Part shown: in pieces, positions 1 through 13,687 of the stretch
Numbering within the stretch: the first letter of the stretch is position 1
Layout: each line of letters starts with the position of its first letter
Assembly (NCBI GenBank): GCA_964187785.1
Contig: OZ076409.1
Location: 91,700,001-91,764,000, forward strand
Origin: Amphiscolops sp. MND2022
Taxonomy: Eukaryota
Length of the DNA stretch: 64,000 nucleotides
Reading direction: 5' to 3'
Translations under genes and position numbers: made by a program
The notes under the pieces: model-generated
What the model was told of the DNA's origin: nothing
The model's database searches: none
What the model saw: the letters and a program-made list of their open reading frames with translations, nothing else

Positions 1-76
1 TAGCGGTAACTGTTCAGTGCTTTGGGTGGATGTCCGTTGTTAGCCTGGTTTCTCCGCCTGTGAAGATAAATTTGAT

Positions 77-614
77 CGTACGGCGACAACTCATTAAGCG
101 ACAACTCATATCAGGCGACAACTCATATCAATTTTAAAAAGCGACAACTCATATCAAGCGACAACTCATATCAATCAAAACTCATATCAGAAAATCAAAA
201 TCTACATTTAATGTGAATAATTAACTAGAATATTAGAGAAAACTACTTAATTGATGAATAATTATTAGAAATAATGGAATAGAAGCAAGATTTTATGCTA
301 AATATCATGTCATGGATAATCACTCTCTTATCACACCTTCATACAAAAGGGTTGCAGAGAAAATAATCTTGAGTATAGCGCATAAAATGGATAAGTCCAA
401 ATATTCCTTGGAATTTCTAATTGTAGTTAATTATAAAGTATTACAATTAGGTATTATTACAATTCATGTATTTGTAACCTGTAGACAAACCTGATATGAG
501 TTTTCCTATTTTCTAATTGATATGAGTTATCGCTTCATATGAGATGTCGCATTTTTGAATTGATATGAGTTGTCGCCTGATGAGTTGTCGCTTGATATGA
601 GTTGTCGCTATGCC
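77..614. mobile_element. MULE-like MITE with subterminal GCGACAACTCATATCA repeats
   Basis: Long inverted ends built from GCGACAACTCATATCA units (left) and TGATATGAGTTGTCGC units (right). Flanks AAATTTGAT (68-76) and TAATTTGAT (615-623) form a 9-bp TSD with 1 mismatch. Non-coding. Confidence 0.8.
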
Positions 615-2029
615 TAATTTGATCTGTTCCGGAATGAACAACGGCGTCCTCTCTCGAATGCGCCCTTTGATTTTTGGGGTGATGACTTCCGGGCTTGAAA
701 ACTACAGGTTACTGTAGTATTGCTGGTGGTTGTCTTCTGACTGGACTGTTTCCTCGAAGACATATCCATGCTCACGAATCCTCTCAGTCGTCCAGCGACC
801 CGGTTTGTTTAATTCTATTCAAATGCAAAAATGGGTTCATTTTGTAATTACCGTTGTAAACTTTCATTGTTGGACACTGCTTTTGCCGCCAACACTGTCT
901 GTAATTGTTCAGAAAATTGACTCCAATTTTGTTCTCGTATTTTCTTCCCATAAAACGGGTATTTATTTATTCTTTTTGAGAAATTTTTCTTGTTTCAATT
1001 AAAGATGGAAGGGGCGACCGCCTTCAGCACTGAATGTATCAACCTGTCAGGTTTCTTATTGGACCAATAAATTATATAGAAGGTCAATTGAATTCGATAC
1101 CCTTGTTGAAATTGCTCGAAAGTTCAACATGCATTTCAAGGTTGCCAGCAACTTCTATTATAATTTTCCTAATTCTTACGGAAACTTTCATGAAAAAAAA
1201 TTTTACTGTTCCATTCAACTCTTTGAAAATATCTCCGAAGTTTTGGCGGCAACTTCAAGCGTTAAAACTTTGCAAGTTCCACTAAGAAGCTGTTATGACT
1301 TTGAATACAAGTTGCTATTAGTTGTTACACCATCTTATTGTAAAATAACTTCAGTAGCGTAGAAAGCTGCAAATTAGCGTCTCTTTAGCGTCCTATATGT
1401 GAAGCATCCATCACATCAGATGAGATGTTGAGGTGAGAAAGTGGTAACGCAAAGTGATCGTGTCGGTAACGAAGTGGAAAGTAATTTCCTTTTAACTATA
1501 TTAGTGTGAACTGCAGTGTAATCTTAAAGTATTCAACACTGAACGATTAGTGAGTTTTCTAAGTTTTATGAAAATTAAGCCAGCATGCAGCGCTGCTGCA
1601 TGTAAAAAGTTCCGGCAGTCTTAATTAGGGTATATAGTACGCCAATGATGACTATATAGTCGTCAGCCCAACTTTGAGGAGAAATGGATTTTCTCCCAAT
1701 TCGCTGTCCACGTGAATGAGGTTGTGGACTTCTGACTCATTCAAAAAAAACAATCAGCTACAAAATATTTTTGAAACCCTTTCCTATTCACAAACACTGG
1801 TAATTGATTTTTTTGTACTGATATTGCAAAATTTTGAAATTTCAAGGCTTAAAACAATTCCAATGAAATTTCATCTCGCTTACCAGAAACGTTGTTTGTT
1901 CTGAGACACGTCATAATCTAGTCTGCTAAACCCAAAAAACCTGTTGATTTAAAATTTTTGCTATACAAGAAAGTGCATACGCTATTTTGTGTCTACCCAG
2001 TATGAACACTTTTGAAACTCTTGCAGAAG

Positions 2030-2575
2030 AATCTTACATTTTTTTGAAACCCTTCGTGGGAACCTTGGCAAGATTCGTATCAAGAGCGTCAAGAATATGT
2101 ACGACCTTGCAAGATCTTGCCAGAAGTTTCAAAACAGAAGCTAACAAATGTGAATGATTAAAAAATCATGAACCGTCGTCGACTGCGGCTTGAACAGCAT
2201 GAATATTGTGCCGCAGCCGTTCACGCTTCCGACCAAGCTATCTCGTCCTCAATTTCATTACGTTGTGTCGTCCTGTAACCCACACTTCGAAGAATGATAG
2301 TGTTGCTGGTAGTGCGAACAGTAGCAAAGTACTCATTAACAAAATTATTTTTGAAGGTTAATTATTTTTTGGACTGTTGATAAGACTTTCTACCGCGACT
2401 CTTAGTATAAGATTCATGACGTCTGTGTGAAACAATAGTAAACAAGATCGTATCAAATCTTTCAAGAGTGAACATGAATACGTAATAAAATGCAAGATCT
2501 TGGCAAGAGTTTCAAGATATTTTGCACTGTGTATGAGCACAGCGATTGTATTAAGCATTGTTGTAAGTTTCATTT
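2030..2575. repeat. Dispersed repeat (CTTGCAAGA-rich family), copy 1
   Basis: 2290-2575 aligns by eye with 12657-12950 (ATGATAGTGTTG.TGGTA.TGCGAACA ... AAATGCAAGAT.TTGGCAAGAGTTTCAA ... TTGTATTAAGCA). Ends are approximate. Confidence 0.65.
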
Positions 2576-3871
2576 AGATAATTGATTTTTATTTGAAATC
2601 AAAAATGTTTTAGTCAAAACAAACCAGGATCCCCGTGATACCTGGTGTAAACTACGTAAAACGTTTCTAACTTTTGTCAAAATTTCAGCAGAAACAAAAT
2701 TTTTGAAAAACACGAAAAATTCAAATCAAAAAACTTTGATAGCTGTCGACTTTATGTTAGCGAGCTTTCAAGACCTTTGTATTTGAATTTTGCTCTTTTG
2801 AGCAACGAAGTTGCGCTATTTTAGAACGTGTGTTTGGAGTTCCAAGTGATTTTTCATCGTTTTCCAGTTGGGTGTCTTCCATGTTTTTTTAGATGGTGTT
2901 TTTTGGGAATTTCGGACGTGTGAAAAACATGGTTGTCCTCAATTGTAGACGAAGTATTTTCTTCCGAGGTTAAATGATCACGTCTAACACTAGTGCTGGG
3001 ATTTTTGCAGAAACGAAACGACTATTGGCTAGTGCAGGAATTGTCTGTACTTGCAACCTGAAAGAACTGAAATGAAAATGTGTTTACGGTGGCATGTCTT
3101 TTCTGCGATGAGACTTGCAATTATCTCACTTGACGTGCTGTTATTGCTTATTGTGTAGTGTTACATCATAGCTGCCTGAAAAACATGACTTCCTTGAATT
3201 GTTACTTGGTGATTGGAAGTTGTGCTGAGTTGAGGTATCCAATGTTTTCCTTTGGGCCGATCTCGCGTCACAATTTACATTAGGACGAAGACGGGATATC
3301 CTATATAGAATGAAAGGGTGGTAGTGGTGGCGACGGAAGCCGTGGGAAAGTGGGACATTAGGGGAGCGAGCCGTAACAACCGGTATAGGTTGGGATAAGC
3401 AGGATTTAAACAGAACAGATTACGGGCGAGGAAAAGACCAGCTAGTTGGCAGAGACTATACACATTTGCATATACTTACACACATTAACATTGCAACACA
3501 ACCACAATCCATTCTTTGCTCCAATCTTTGCTCAGCAACAATTCCATTCTTTCCCCTTTTACAATATTTATACACATGTAGATACGCAGACAGCAACCAT
3601 GACTACAGACCTCTTTGTGTATCTGGAGCAATGTGATTTCCTAATTCAAACGTATCCCATTGTATGCATGGTTGGTCTATTCTATCCTGTTCTATCCTGT
3701 GTATCCTGGCTTCTCGCTCTCGCGCTATCTTTCTCCGTGGGATAGGATAAAACAGATACTGCATATCCAAAGTATCTTCCCACTGCATATCTTGTCCAAC
3801 TATCTACAACCGTATCTGAAATGTGTGCGCGTGAAGAAACTGAAATTCTCTCTTGCCAAGAGTGAACAAAT

Positions 3872-3920
3872 GAGTGAATGAACGAATGAATTGAATGAAT
3901 GAATGAATGAATGAATGAAT
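3872..3920 (+). repeat. (GAAT)n microsatellite
   Basis: Imperfect GAATGAATGAAT run. Confidence 0.9.
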
Positions 3921-6900
3921 ATCCGTTCTTCTATAGTCTTTCCATCGACTGGAAGCTCGAATTTCCTCCCTAGCTCTGTCTCTCTTCAGCTCTGCTGTCC
4001 TTTCCTAGTTTTCAGCCGCCACCGCGCCGTCCCCTTTGCCTTCTCCCCTTCTCTCTCTCCCTCTCTTCTCTTCTTCGCCGCGTATCCATGCTCTTTGCTG
4101 GCAAATTGTGCTATCTTTCGCTCTCTCCTCTATCTGTGTATCATTTCTAAGCGTGGTATGAAGTGAACACTGAATTTATAATTCTCGTTCTTCCTTTCAA
4201 AGAGAGCGTGAGATACAAGTGAACAGAACGCGCAGAAAGAATCCAAGCATGTATGGATTCTACTTTCTCTGCGCATTCTCTGGTCTGATTCGGATTCTTG
4301 CCGGTCGGATTTTATAGATACTGCGGATAAAGATATACGCGCGTGTATTATTATACACTTCAGCATACAGAATTTGCTGCGTTGTTAGCTGACGCAAGCA
4401 TAAAAGAGCAACCGCCGAGCTTGTTTTCAGGCCTCAATAAAGAGCGATAATTTTTGGATCTTGTTCTAAATATTAATGTGAGTCTTAACAGCGCCGTTCC
4501 ACGCAGCATTTAGAGTATACAGAGCTGTCTCAGTGCTCCTTTAACCACAGTCCTCCTCCTCATTTCAGCAGTACAAGTCTTTCTTGGAGGAATATTCTTT
4601 CCGCGCTCTTGTCTAAAGAATTTTCTTATTTATTCAGGCCACACTGCCAGCTAGTAATGTCTGGATATATCCGTGCGTAGTTGCTGGTTATAACTATCAA
4701 TTGTTACACAACACACTCAAGCAGACTTCTCTTCAGCAGTCTGAATCATTTCAGCTGGAACGAAGTGAGTCTTCGCTGGCCGCCAAAATCACAATTGCAG
4801 CACCGGTCGCAATTAGAAAATCACGCAGAATCCGCAGCAGATACGTTTGTTCATTCTTGCATTATTTCTGCATTCTGCATATCTATCTGTCTGTTCTCAA
4901 GATACTTCATACCGTACAACGTCTCGTCGTGTGCAATTCCGCCGAATATAATAGAATGTACTCAAAGTATGTACCTCCTTTCGCTCGCTCTACCGTGTAT
5001 TAACATACAGAAGTTGAGTTGCTGCAACGCGCCGCGGTATCATCTTTGAAATCCTCCGCCAAACAAGTCGGCAATCGTGTTTTCTCTCTCGGCGGTTTCT
5101 GCTCTATCTGTACTAGTATCTCTGCAAGAAAAATTCACCTCTTAAATTATAAATATATCCCTCCAACGCCAGAGCTTACTGCAAGAATAGAATCTTTCTC
5201 TGCCGGCCGCGCCAGAATAATCAATCACAATTCTTTCTTGAGTAAATTTTATACCGCACAAAGCGAGCGTATCTTCAATTGTTGTATACGATCACTAAAT
5301 TTTCTTCTTTGACTCTTGAAGACAGTAAGAAAGCACACGTTGTTGTTATTGAAAGCTCCTCTGAATCGCTCAATGATTTTATAATTTCTTTGCTGTAGCA
5401 ATAACTTAAGATCTGCAGCGTTGTTAATCATCAGATCGATTCTTTGCAATCTGTTTACACAACCAAACAATACATACATATGTATGTAGAACTCAGCTAC
5501 AGCAGTAGTTGAAAGTATCACGCAGTTCGCTCGTACTTCTTGCTTTCAAAACGAGAAGAATCTTAGCATCTCGGCTGCCGCCTTGTAAATCTATGAATGT
5601 AGCATACACGTCACGTAGAAAACGAATACGTCCAAGTATATAAGCTATCGCCATCCGACTGCTCTTTAATCAGGAAGATTTATTCGTGTTCGATCAAGAT
5701 TTTGTTCTTATTGGCTGAATAAACATTTTGTTCAATCCATATTAGTCATTTCGCATAATCTACGTACGCTGAATCATTTCATTAATCCTTGACAACTGAT
5801 CGAAAGTGAAATCGTGAAATCTTACATGATTCAACTGTAATCCTGCTGCAACTCAATGCAAATCTTACAATGTTCTAGTTTCACTTTGAATGAATGACCA
5901 GAAATCGCAACACCGATTCACAGTAAACCCAAAGCTTCGAACTCGCAAAGTGAGTGGTTTTCATCTATAGAATACTGTTTTTTTTACTTATCGTTCAAAT
6001 TCCGTCGCTTTTGCTGATCGGATTTGACGACCACCTTATGAATAATATTGATTAGTCTCTAACTGTGTATCAGATACAGAAAAGGGCAAAACTGCAAATT
6101 TGATGACCCTGATTGTTAATGAGGTTTTCATGTTCATCATACTGAATGATCGGCTCTTTTCTGCTTTCCCCCACCTTGGAACATTATGAAAATGTTATAA
6201 CAAAAAGACTTGAATGCAAACCAGAAACCTTCAATTTTAAATTTATTCGTAGAGACTGTTTGGAATTGAAATACAAACTTTGTTCACATTATTTTTCCCT
6301 ATGTAGTCACGCTTTCTGAATAAAGAATTCAACAACTTCCTGTTTTGAGTCACAAAAAAGTTGATTCGAACGTGATTCTAGTCAAAATGCGTGAAAAATG
6401 TTTTGTTCAAACAAAAGACTATTCTAATAGACGTTAACTTCCTGTTTTGAAGAAGGTTTGTTTTTAGTTAGGCTAGTCTCAACTTTTTGAAGAAGGTTAC
6501 TTTCAAAAATTTTGGTGGCGGGGGGATGAACAGAAAAGAGCCGAATGATCCTTAAAATCATATTTAATGACGGAATCATGGAAGTTTTGAGCTATTTTTG
6601 AAAGTACAATGACCAGCGATGGTTGATTGAAATCAGTTGATTGTAGTCATGATTTAAATTATTTTGATCACGATTTTTAAAATCAATATGATTGAAATCA
6701 AGGAAGATTTTTAGATCAGCGAGATCGATTGGGGACGGAAAAAGTCTCAAAATTGTTTTCTCCCAAAGTTTTATATGTTTTGAAAAATTATGATTAGATT
6801 TTGCTCACTCAAAAAAATTATGTAACATCATATGGTCTTACTCCAATGTAAATCTTTCTAACAATCTTTCGCTTGTTCCGTATCTGGCAGCAGTTTACAA

Positions 6901-7131
6901 AGTTTTGTCATTTTGTTCCCAAGTAAAAGTCTTTTGTTTTGCACTTTGCACAAATAATTTTATCGACTCTACCGAGTCTTTTTCTCAAGACGGGAGGCTT
7001 GAAGCGAGATCAGATAGTAAGTTGAATATTTAGTCTCTGCTTCTGTGAATTTTTTTACATGCTTTTGAGACAGTTTATCGATAAAGGGCTTGTTACTTCC
7101 GGTTCCACTATGAACATTTTGTTCTTGTTAA

Positions 7132-7455
7132 CTATACCTTTTCCATCTGAATTTTGCCGAAATGAATGTCAATTCCGCCTGAACAAAATTAAAAATCGCC
7201 AACGTGCAACTCAACTTTGCCAAAAAGAGAATCAATTTTGCATGAACAAAATTCATTTCCGCCGTAGCGAAACTCAATTTCACCCAAAAAATCTGTTTCT
7301 AATTTGGCAGTCATTTTCTTTTTGGCAAAATTCAGTTTCATTTTGGCGAAAATTTTTTTCACCAAAGTGAAATTGAAATTCGTTCACGCGATCTTGATTT
7401 TCATCTTGGCAAAGTTCAATTTCATTTTGGCGAAATTGACATGGAAAAGGTATAG
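7132..7455. mobile_element. MITE with TIR CTATACCTTTTCCAT and internal ~21-bp repeats
   Basis: CTATACCTTTTCCAT at 7132 and ATGGAAAAGGTATAG ending at 7455. Internal TTTCGCC..AA / TTTTGGCGAAA units are inverted across the element. No clear TSD. Confidence 0.75.
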
Positions 7456-8809
7456 TTTTTAGTTTGTTCAAGTTTCCCTCACTAAAAATTTGAAAACACT
7501 AAGATTCAAATTGAGGATTGAAATGAAGAAATTCGTTTCACTCATGTTTGAGACAGACTTCAGTTTTAGAGAGCCAGGATAGCCATTTGGCCTATAGCTT
7601 AGGATCTGTGGCTGTCAAGCAGGAGTTTCGAATCCCGCGCTCGACTATTTTTTTCTGATTCCAGATATCCTTTTTTGGATCTTGTCTGCTAATGCCCCCC
7701 AGCCTACTGGCAAAAAATTTATCTGCCCCCCAAAATTTCAGCACAGAATATCCACCTACGCAGAAATAAATTATTTCCCATTTTAAAACGTATTGCTCGC
7801 ATGTTTGCACGATGTTGTGAACAGAAAATAGTAGTCATGTCAGAAAGCTTGAGTCAGCTTCGTTTCACACTTGTGTGTGAACAAGACAAAGTGATCATTG
7901 ATTCGAAAAAGAAGTTTTTTACTTACGCTGCATGAACAACTTGAACCTCAAGAACTTTTCGTCACTTCTGAAAAAATGGCCAGCCACCACGTAAAATAAT
8001 TAGGTCCGAAATGATTACCGAAACAATAACTACCTATCAATTTTTACACTGAAAATATGAAATCTTTTTTTTTTTTGGGGGGGGGGTGCAATAAATCCGT
8101 GGGGGGCGTTAGCAAACAAGATCCCCTTTTTGGGTTTGAGATGGTACCGAGCAACTTTTTTGAGATATTTTCAGTTGGGAAAAAGCCTTTTCGATCGAGC
8201 CTTTAGGGTACCCTGAAATTATTTTCGGCATTGTTGAACATTCTTTGATATTGTTCCAATTAGCACCATTGTCGATTTTTTTAGAACTCGAATTGATCAA
8301 TAATAATTTTTTTATTATTTCGTCATGTTCAAATTTCATGCTCCTAAGATAGATTTTTCGCAACATATTCAAATTTCGGGGAAAAAACTATGATTGAAGC
8401 ATAAGTATTGATGGATATTTGGAGTTTTTGACGTGCCTAAAATGAAAATGACCCCAAAACAAGCAAAGCAAATGATTCAATTTTTGACCGTTCATAAACC
8501 GTTCTAAACAATTCATGTTCAAATTTCGAAAGATTTCGTAGAAAAGAATATCCACGCACTTCAACGATAAAACAATTATTTAGTTCAAATTTTTGGTGGA
8601 GTCTGAAATGTTTTTTCCCCACGGAAAGTGCCTATCAGAAACCAAAAGAAACAAAATATGTATACTCGGAATTTCTGTGCAAATTTCATAATTTAACAGC
8701 TCCACTATACGATAGTATTTTTGCGTAAGCTGGAAGGTGTCTAAAAAAGTAAAGCCTAACCTTTACCCTTTTTTGTACTCTTATCATTCAGTTAAACTAG
8801 TGTATGTAG

Positions 8810-8946
8810 AATATTCCGGTTATAGCGATAGTTTCACGGTCCCGGCCACGATGCTAATATATAACGATTTTCGCCTATAACGATATTCGGATATAACGAT
8901 TAAAAACGCCGGTCCCCGGGCAATCGTTATAAGCGGAGTTGAGTGT
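8810..8946. mobile_element. Tc1/mariner(pogo)-like MITE fragment
   Basis: Repeated TATAACGAT motifs. Right end CGTTATAAGCGGAGTTGAGTG followed by TA; left end degenerate. Confidence 0.55.
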
Positions 8947-11900
8947 ATTACTTGAGAGTTGAGAGTTTGGTCAATTTCAAAATTTGATTTTTTCCCTAAG
9001 AAATCTGTTCGGAGTTAGATTAACTTCTGAGAACGTTTATTAATGCTTTTATCCAGGAAAATTGTACAAATATTGGTGATTCTTTTGAAATTCATTAACA
9101 AATTTCTTGCATTTGGTGAAATATTCGTGACCCCCAAAAGATCTGCCATCATACTGCAGTCCTTGAACTCGGACTGGAAATTGTAAGACCTCTGAAGGTT
9201 TACAAGCTTAACTACGACACTTCTCTAAATATTTTTTTTTGCATTATGGCCAATTTACATTCACAATATCGTTTCCTCTAAGAAATTCATGTTGCTGAAA
9301 ATTCTTCCTAACTCATCATACTCTTAGTGAAAAACTGCTTTGTTGATATATTTATTTTCTTGACATCTTGCAGTCGAAAGAGATTTTACCTTGGCATTTT
9401 TTTAAAAAATGCTACTTTTTAACATTTTCAAACTTTAACGTTAATCGTCTCTCAATGTGCTTTTGATCCTCTAGTAGGCGCCGATTTATTACGTTCACGC
9501 ATAGAAAGGTAGGGAACTGGTTAAAGAACATTGTTAATGAAAGAGCACTGATCCAAAAGAGCGTTCTTGAAGTAATTTTTGGCCACAAAGTCTTACGTTC
9601 TGCTGACTTCTGACTTTTTCAGATTCTGACTTTCTTTCATTACTCTACCGGGCGGCAGGCATGAATTACACTATATATTTTTCGAATTTTCTTAAATTAT
9701 AAAGGACTGTTAGATTATCATTTTTCCTCGATTTTCCAAGTGTATCAAACAGTTACTTTCATAGCAGCGGTTCTTTGACATGATAGAATAAGAAGTTTTG
9801 GTACTAAATTTCACCATTTGAAGAAAACAACATTATTGTTCTCGGAAACATCTGTTTCAAGACGTCACCAATAAAAACAATGATTGTATTTCCAAAATTT
9901 GTCCAAGCAGAGCTATGAATGATTTCAGTTCGTAAATGATGCCTTCTTTAGCCAGTGACATTAGGTGACCAAAAAACGGAATGCATAAAAACTTCCGGGC
10001 TCTCAAAGTTTCAAATACTTGTCGACAAATCTTTCAAAACAACTCTAAACATTGCAATTCAGCTTGTCAGTCATTCATCTTTTTCTTAGAACGGAATGAA
10101 CTTTCGCACATCAAAAGTGTGAACGAAATTACTAGTTAAGACGTCTAGACTTTTTCTGAAGGTTCGGATCAGTCTTTGTTAAGATTTGATTACGTAACGA
10201 GAGGATGATTGACAGAGAAAGTCGAAGATTTTCAGCGTCTTGTTTACAAACATTACGATTTTGAAGAGTGAATATATGGCTGTTTCGAGATCAAAAATCT
10301 CTATTGATGCCTCAAGACTTTCACACATGTCAATTAATTTCTCAATTCCTTGAATGACTTTGAACTCTCGATTAATCTACGGCCACTTCTCGATTGCTTT
10401 GTCTTTTTTGCGTTTTCTGACTAATGTTTACGTCATCTAAGCTGATGTGAAAATTTTCATAGCTTGCCGATGTCAAATAAACCTGTCAAAATTGTCTCAA
10501 CAGAATCTTAGATGTGCTGAATTTAAACTTCGATTGAAAGTATGATGTAATAATTTTGAACCGAAGAGCTTTGCAAAGTTTTTTCTTTAATCAAACGTTG
10601 ATCTTCGAATCTTTCGTTACTTGCGATTATGATTTACAACTTTTTTATTGAAAGATATCTTAATAATGATGAATATTTATCATTGTGATGGCTTATAAAA
10701 GTACCAAACCTTGCAACTGATGAATGATTGATTAAACTTCTACTTTTTATATAATCAAATGAAGATAATCATGAAGTTAAAGTGTAACTCGCTGTCAATA
10801 ACACCTTCTGATTGGCGCAAACGTATCGCCATTTTTTCTTAGCCAAAGTGAACGAGCCAATGGTTTCGGTTCGGTTTTAGATCAAATGACACAATTTTTG
10901 TCTGTATAGAGTCGTAAAACAACAGCAAACTTACATCATATCCACCCAAATGCGAACGTATTGTAAATTTTTGAAAGACCAGTTTGGTATTAATGAACTT
11001 GGAAAACAGATTGGAAAAAAACTATTTGTTTTCAAATTGTGTTGAAAGTAGTATACCCTTTATAAAATCAATTAATTAATCAGTTACTCAGTAACTAGAT
11101 AACCAATGAGCTAAAATTTGGAAATGAGCAGAATTTTTGAAAATAAGAAGAGCCATCAGTTGTTTGACGGTTTTGAGTGACAGCGTCACGTTGAATAAAA
11201 TGTCCTTTCATGTCTAATTTTGGATAGGAGACAATCCGGTTTCCCAAAATAGTTAATTTGCTTTCCATGAAGTATTCCTTTGTCACACAAAACATTGCAA
11301 AACATTTACAAGTGCGAAAAAAACATTAAAAATTCACAATCTTGCTGCCGAGAAATAGTTTTTACAGAATTATCTAATGCAAAAAAATATTCTCAAAAGA
11401 TGCTGTTGTAATCCCGGAAATGTGTTTTTGTTTCTCAGACTAAATCAATTTTAGTTTCTTCCCAATCGTCAATTTATTTGTAGGCTCTAAAAGTCGGTTC
11501 CTTTTTAAAAACCAACTTTTCGACTCGATCTATAACCATATCGATTTATCGATGTTTTGGTTTCGCTTCTAAAAGCAGGAAATAATATGTCCTCGTTTAT
11601 TTGTCGCTGAGCGCTGTTTTGCTTGTCTACATTGAGTTGATACAGTTTGGCTGTTGGGTAGAGCTGTTGCTTTGGTGTACTGAAATCTCCGAATATGTGA
11701 AATACCAATGTCGATTCATCTTTTTGATGTACCAGTAAAAATAGACCAAAAGTATTGCATTGCTCAGTTGAATTTTTGAAACATTCCAATTTGTTTCTCG
11801 TCTTTTGTTTGCCGTGCTGTTAGTTTTATGAAATATCAACATCACGAATGGTTGACTATGTTAGTATAAAGAGCCAAATTCACATATAGGTACTTGAAAG

Positions 11901-12519
11901 TCTTTAGGGCCTAGATTTGAAACAAACCCCTAGTGATCTCAAGAACCCTAGAATCCAAGTTTACAAGGTTTTTACAATTCTTTACAATTCTGTTTGCTCG
12001 GACTGGGTAGATTCGGATTTTTTCATGTTTTTATCATTTCTGCGATAGCAGGAATATTATTGAAATCTGTATTATTGAACTTTTTTTCACTTCAATTTTT
12101 GTCGTGATTAAGAGTGCCTCCTGGAAAATTCAGATATTTTGTTCGGCAGTGAGTATAAGCGTGAGATTTAAATTTCTCAAGCTGCCGACAACAATTCGTT
12201 TCCCGTGAGATGGAACGAGCGAGTGGTACTTATGCTTTCGTACGACCAGTTATTGAAATGAAGCGAACGAGTGTTAATTATTCGTTCGCCGAGAGCTTCG
12301 CCTGCACTCGAATGCGAATGCGAAACTTCGTCTACGCTTAGTAGTTATATTTTCTTTAGTCCGAAAAGAATTAAAGGCGGTGTAAACTGGTAGTGATTAA
12401 TTGTGCGCTATATAAACGATTGAGATATGCTCCTAATATTGAACATGAAAGCCTAAAAGCTGAAATAATACTGTACAGGGGCCTATTTTAGATAATAGAT
12501 TGGTTACAACTTGTATCGA

Positions 12520-12950
12520 AATCCAGGTTTCGAAACTGGCCCAGTGTGAAATATCTTGCAATTCTTGATGAGACTCTTGCATTTTAGTGAAACTCTTGGG
12601 AAAATCTTGCCTGTTGTTTCAATACTTTTTGTTGTCCTATAACCAACACTTTAGACAATGATAGTGTTGTTGGTACTGCGAACACCAGAAAAGTAATTGT
12701 AAACAAAATTTTTTTGTTTTGCGGGGTAATTATTTCGTGAGACTGCTGATAAGAGTCTTCACTAAGACTCTTGGTATGAAATTCGAGATGTTTGTGGGAA
12801 GTAATAGTAAACAAGATCTTATCAAGACTTTCAAGAGCGAACAGGAATAATATGTCAGAAATGCAAGATGTTGGCAAGAGTTTCAAAATTGTTTGCACTG
12901 GGTATCAGTGCAGCGATACTTGTATTAAGCAATGTTGTGAGAGTTTCCTT
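12520..12950. repeat. Dispersed repeat (CTTGCAAGA-rich family), copy 2
   Basis: Similar to 2290-2575. Confidence 0.6.
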
Positions 12951-13101
12951 TGGAAAACTGATTTCACAGCGTGTAAATTCTTGTAATCCCATAATTTTCA
13001 TTGAAAAATCTATGAAATCTGCACGTTAATTCATTTGAAATATCGATAAATCCGTGTTTCAGCGTGCTATTCAGTAAAAAACCGTGAAATCGCCGTTATT
13101 C

Positions 13102-13687
13102 TTAGTCGGCGCTTCATGAAGTGAAACGCGACTATAACAGTGACTCTTTCCAATCCACACAAACTGGCCAAATTAGTTTTTTTAAGTTCTACGAAATTTT
13201 AAAGGGCCAAATTGGACCCTATGGCCCAGGGAACTGAACTATAGAAGTTGTTCCTTTTTTCAGCGTAACATACAAAACCGGGTGATACTAAAGGGCCTCT
13301 TTCCAGTTTTTTTTTCGGTATTGTCAGACTTTTTTTCGAAAAGTTTTTAATGTCTCCGAAGGGCCCCCCTTCAATTTTTTTAAATATTTTGCAACAAAAT
13401 GGATGTTCAAAAAACCCAAAGGTCCCCATTTCACGTTTTTCGGCACTATGAGACTGTTCAAAATTCTCATTTTTTGTTGCGAAAATTTTTAAAATCTCCC
13501 CAAAGGGTCCTTCAGTTTATTTGATATTTTGCAACAGAATGGATGTTAAAAAATCCCATGTCTAACCAGTTCGGTCAATCTTTGAGTTTTTCGAGTACTG
13601 TGAAAGAGAATATTCGACACTTTGAAGTCATTTTGCTATTTTTGAGCCTCAAGTGCGGCGCTATTTTTGAGCCATTCGCGGTTTGTT
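13102..13687 (+). mobile_element. Helentron-associated non-autonomous element (HINE/DINE-1-like)
   Basis: Starts with the palindromic subTIR TTAGTCGGCGCTTCATGAAGTGAAACGCGACTA, has internal GGG(T/C)CCC units, and ends in a degenerate ...TTGTT. Reverse complement of the copies at 19224 and 30068. Confidence 0.75.

Noticed and set aside
640..1380. Possible decayed integrase fragment on -
   Set aside because: Only vague similarity and no diagnostic motif recoverable by eye.
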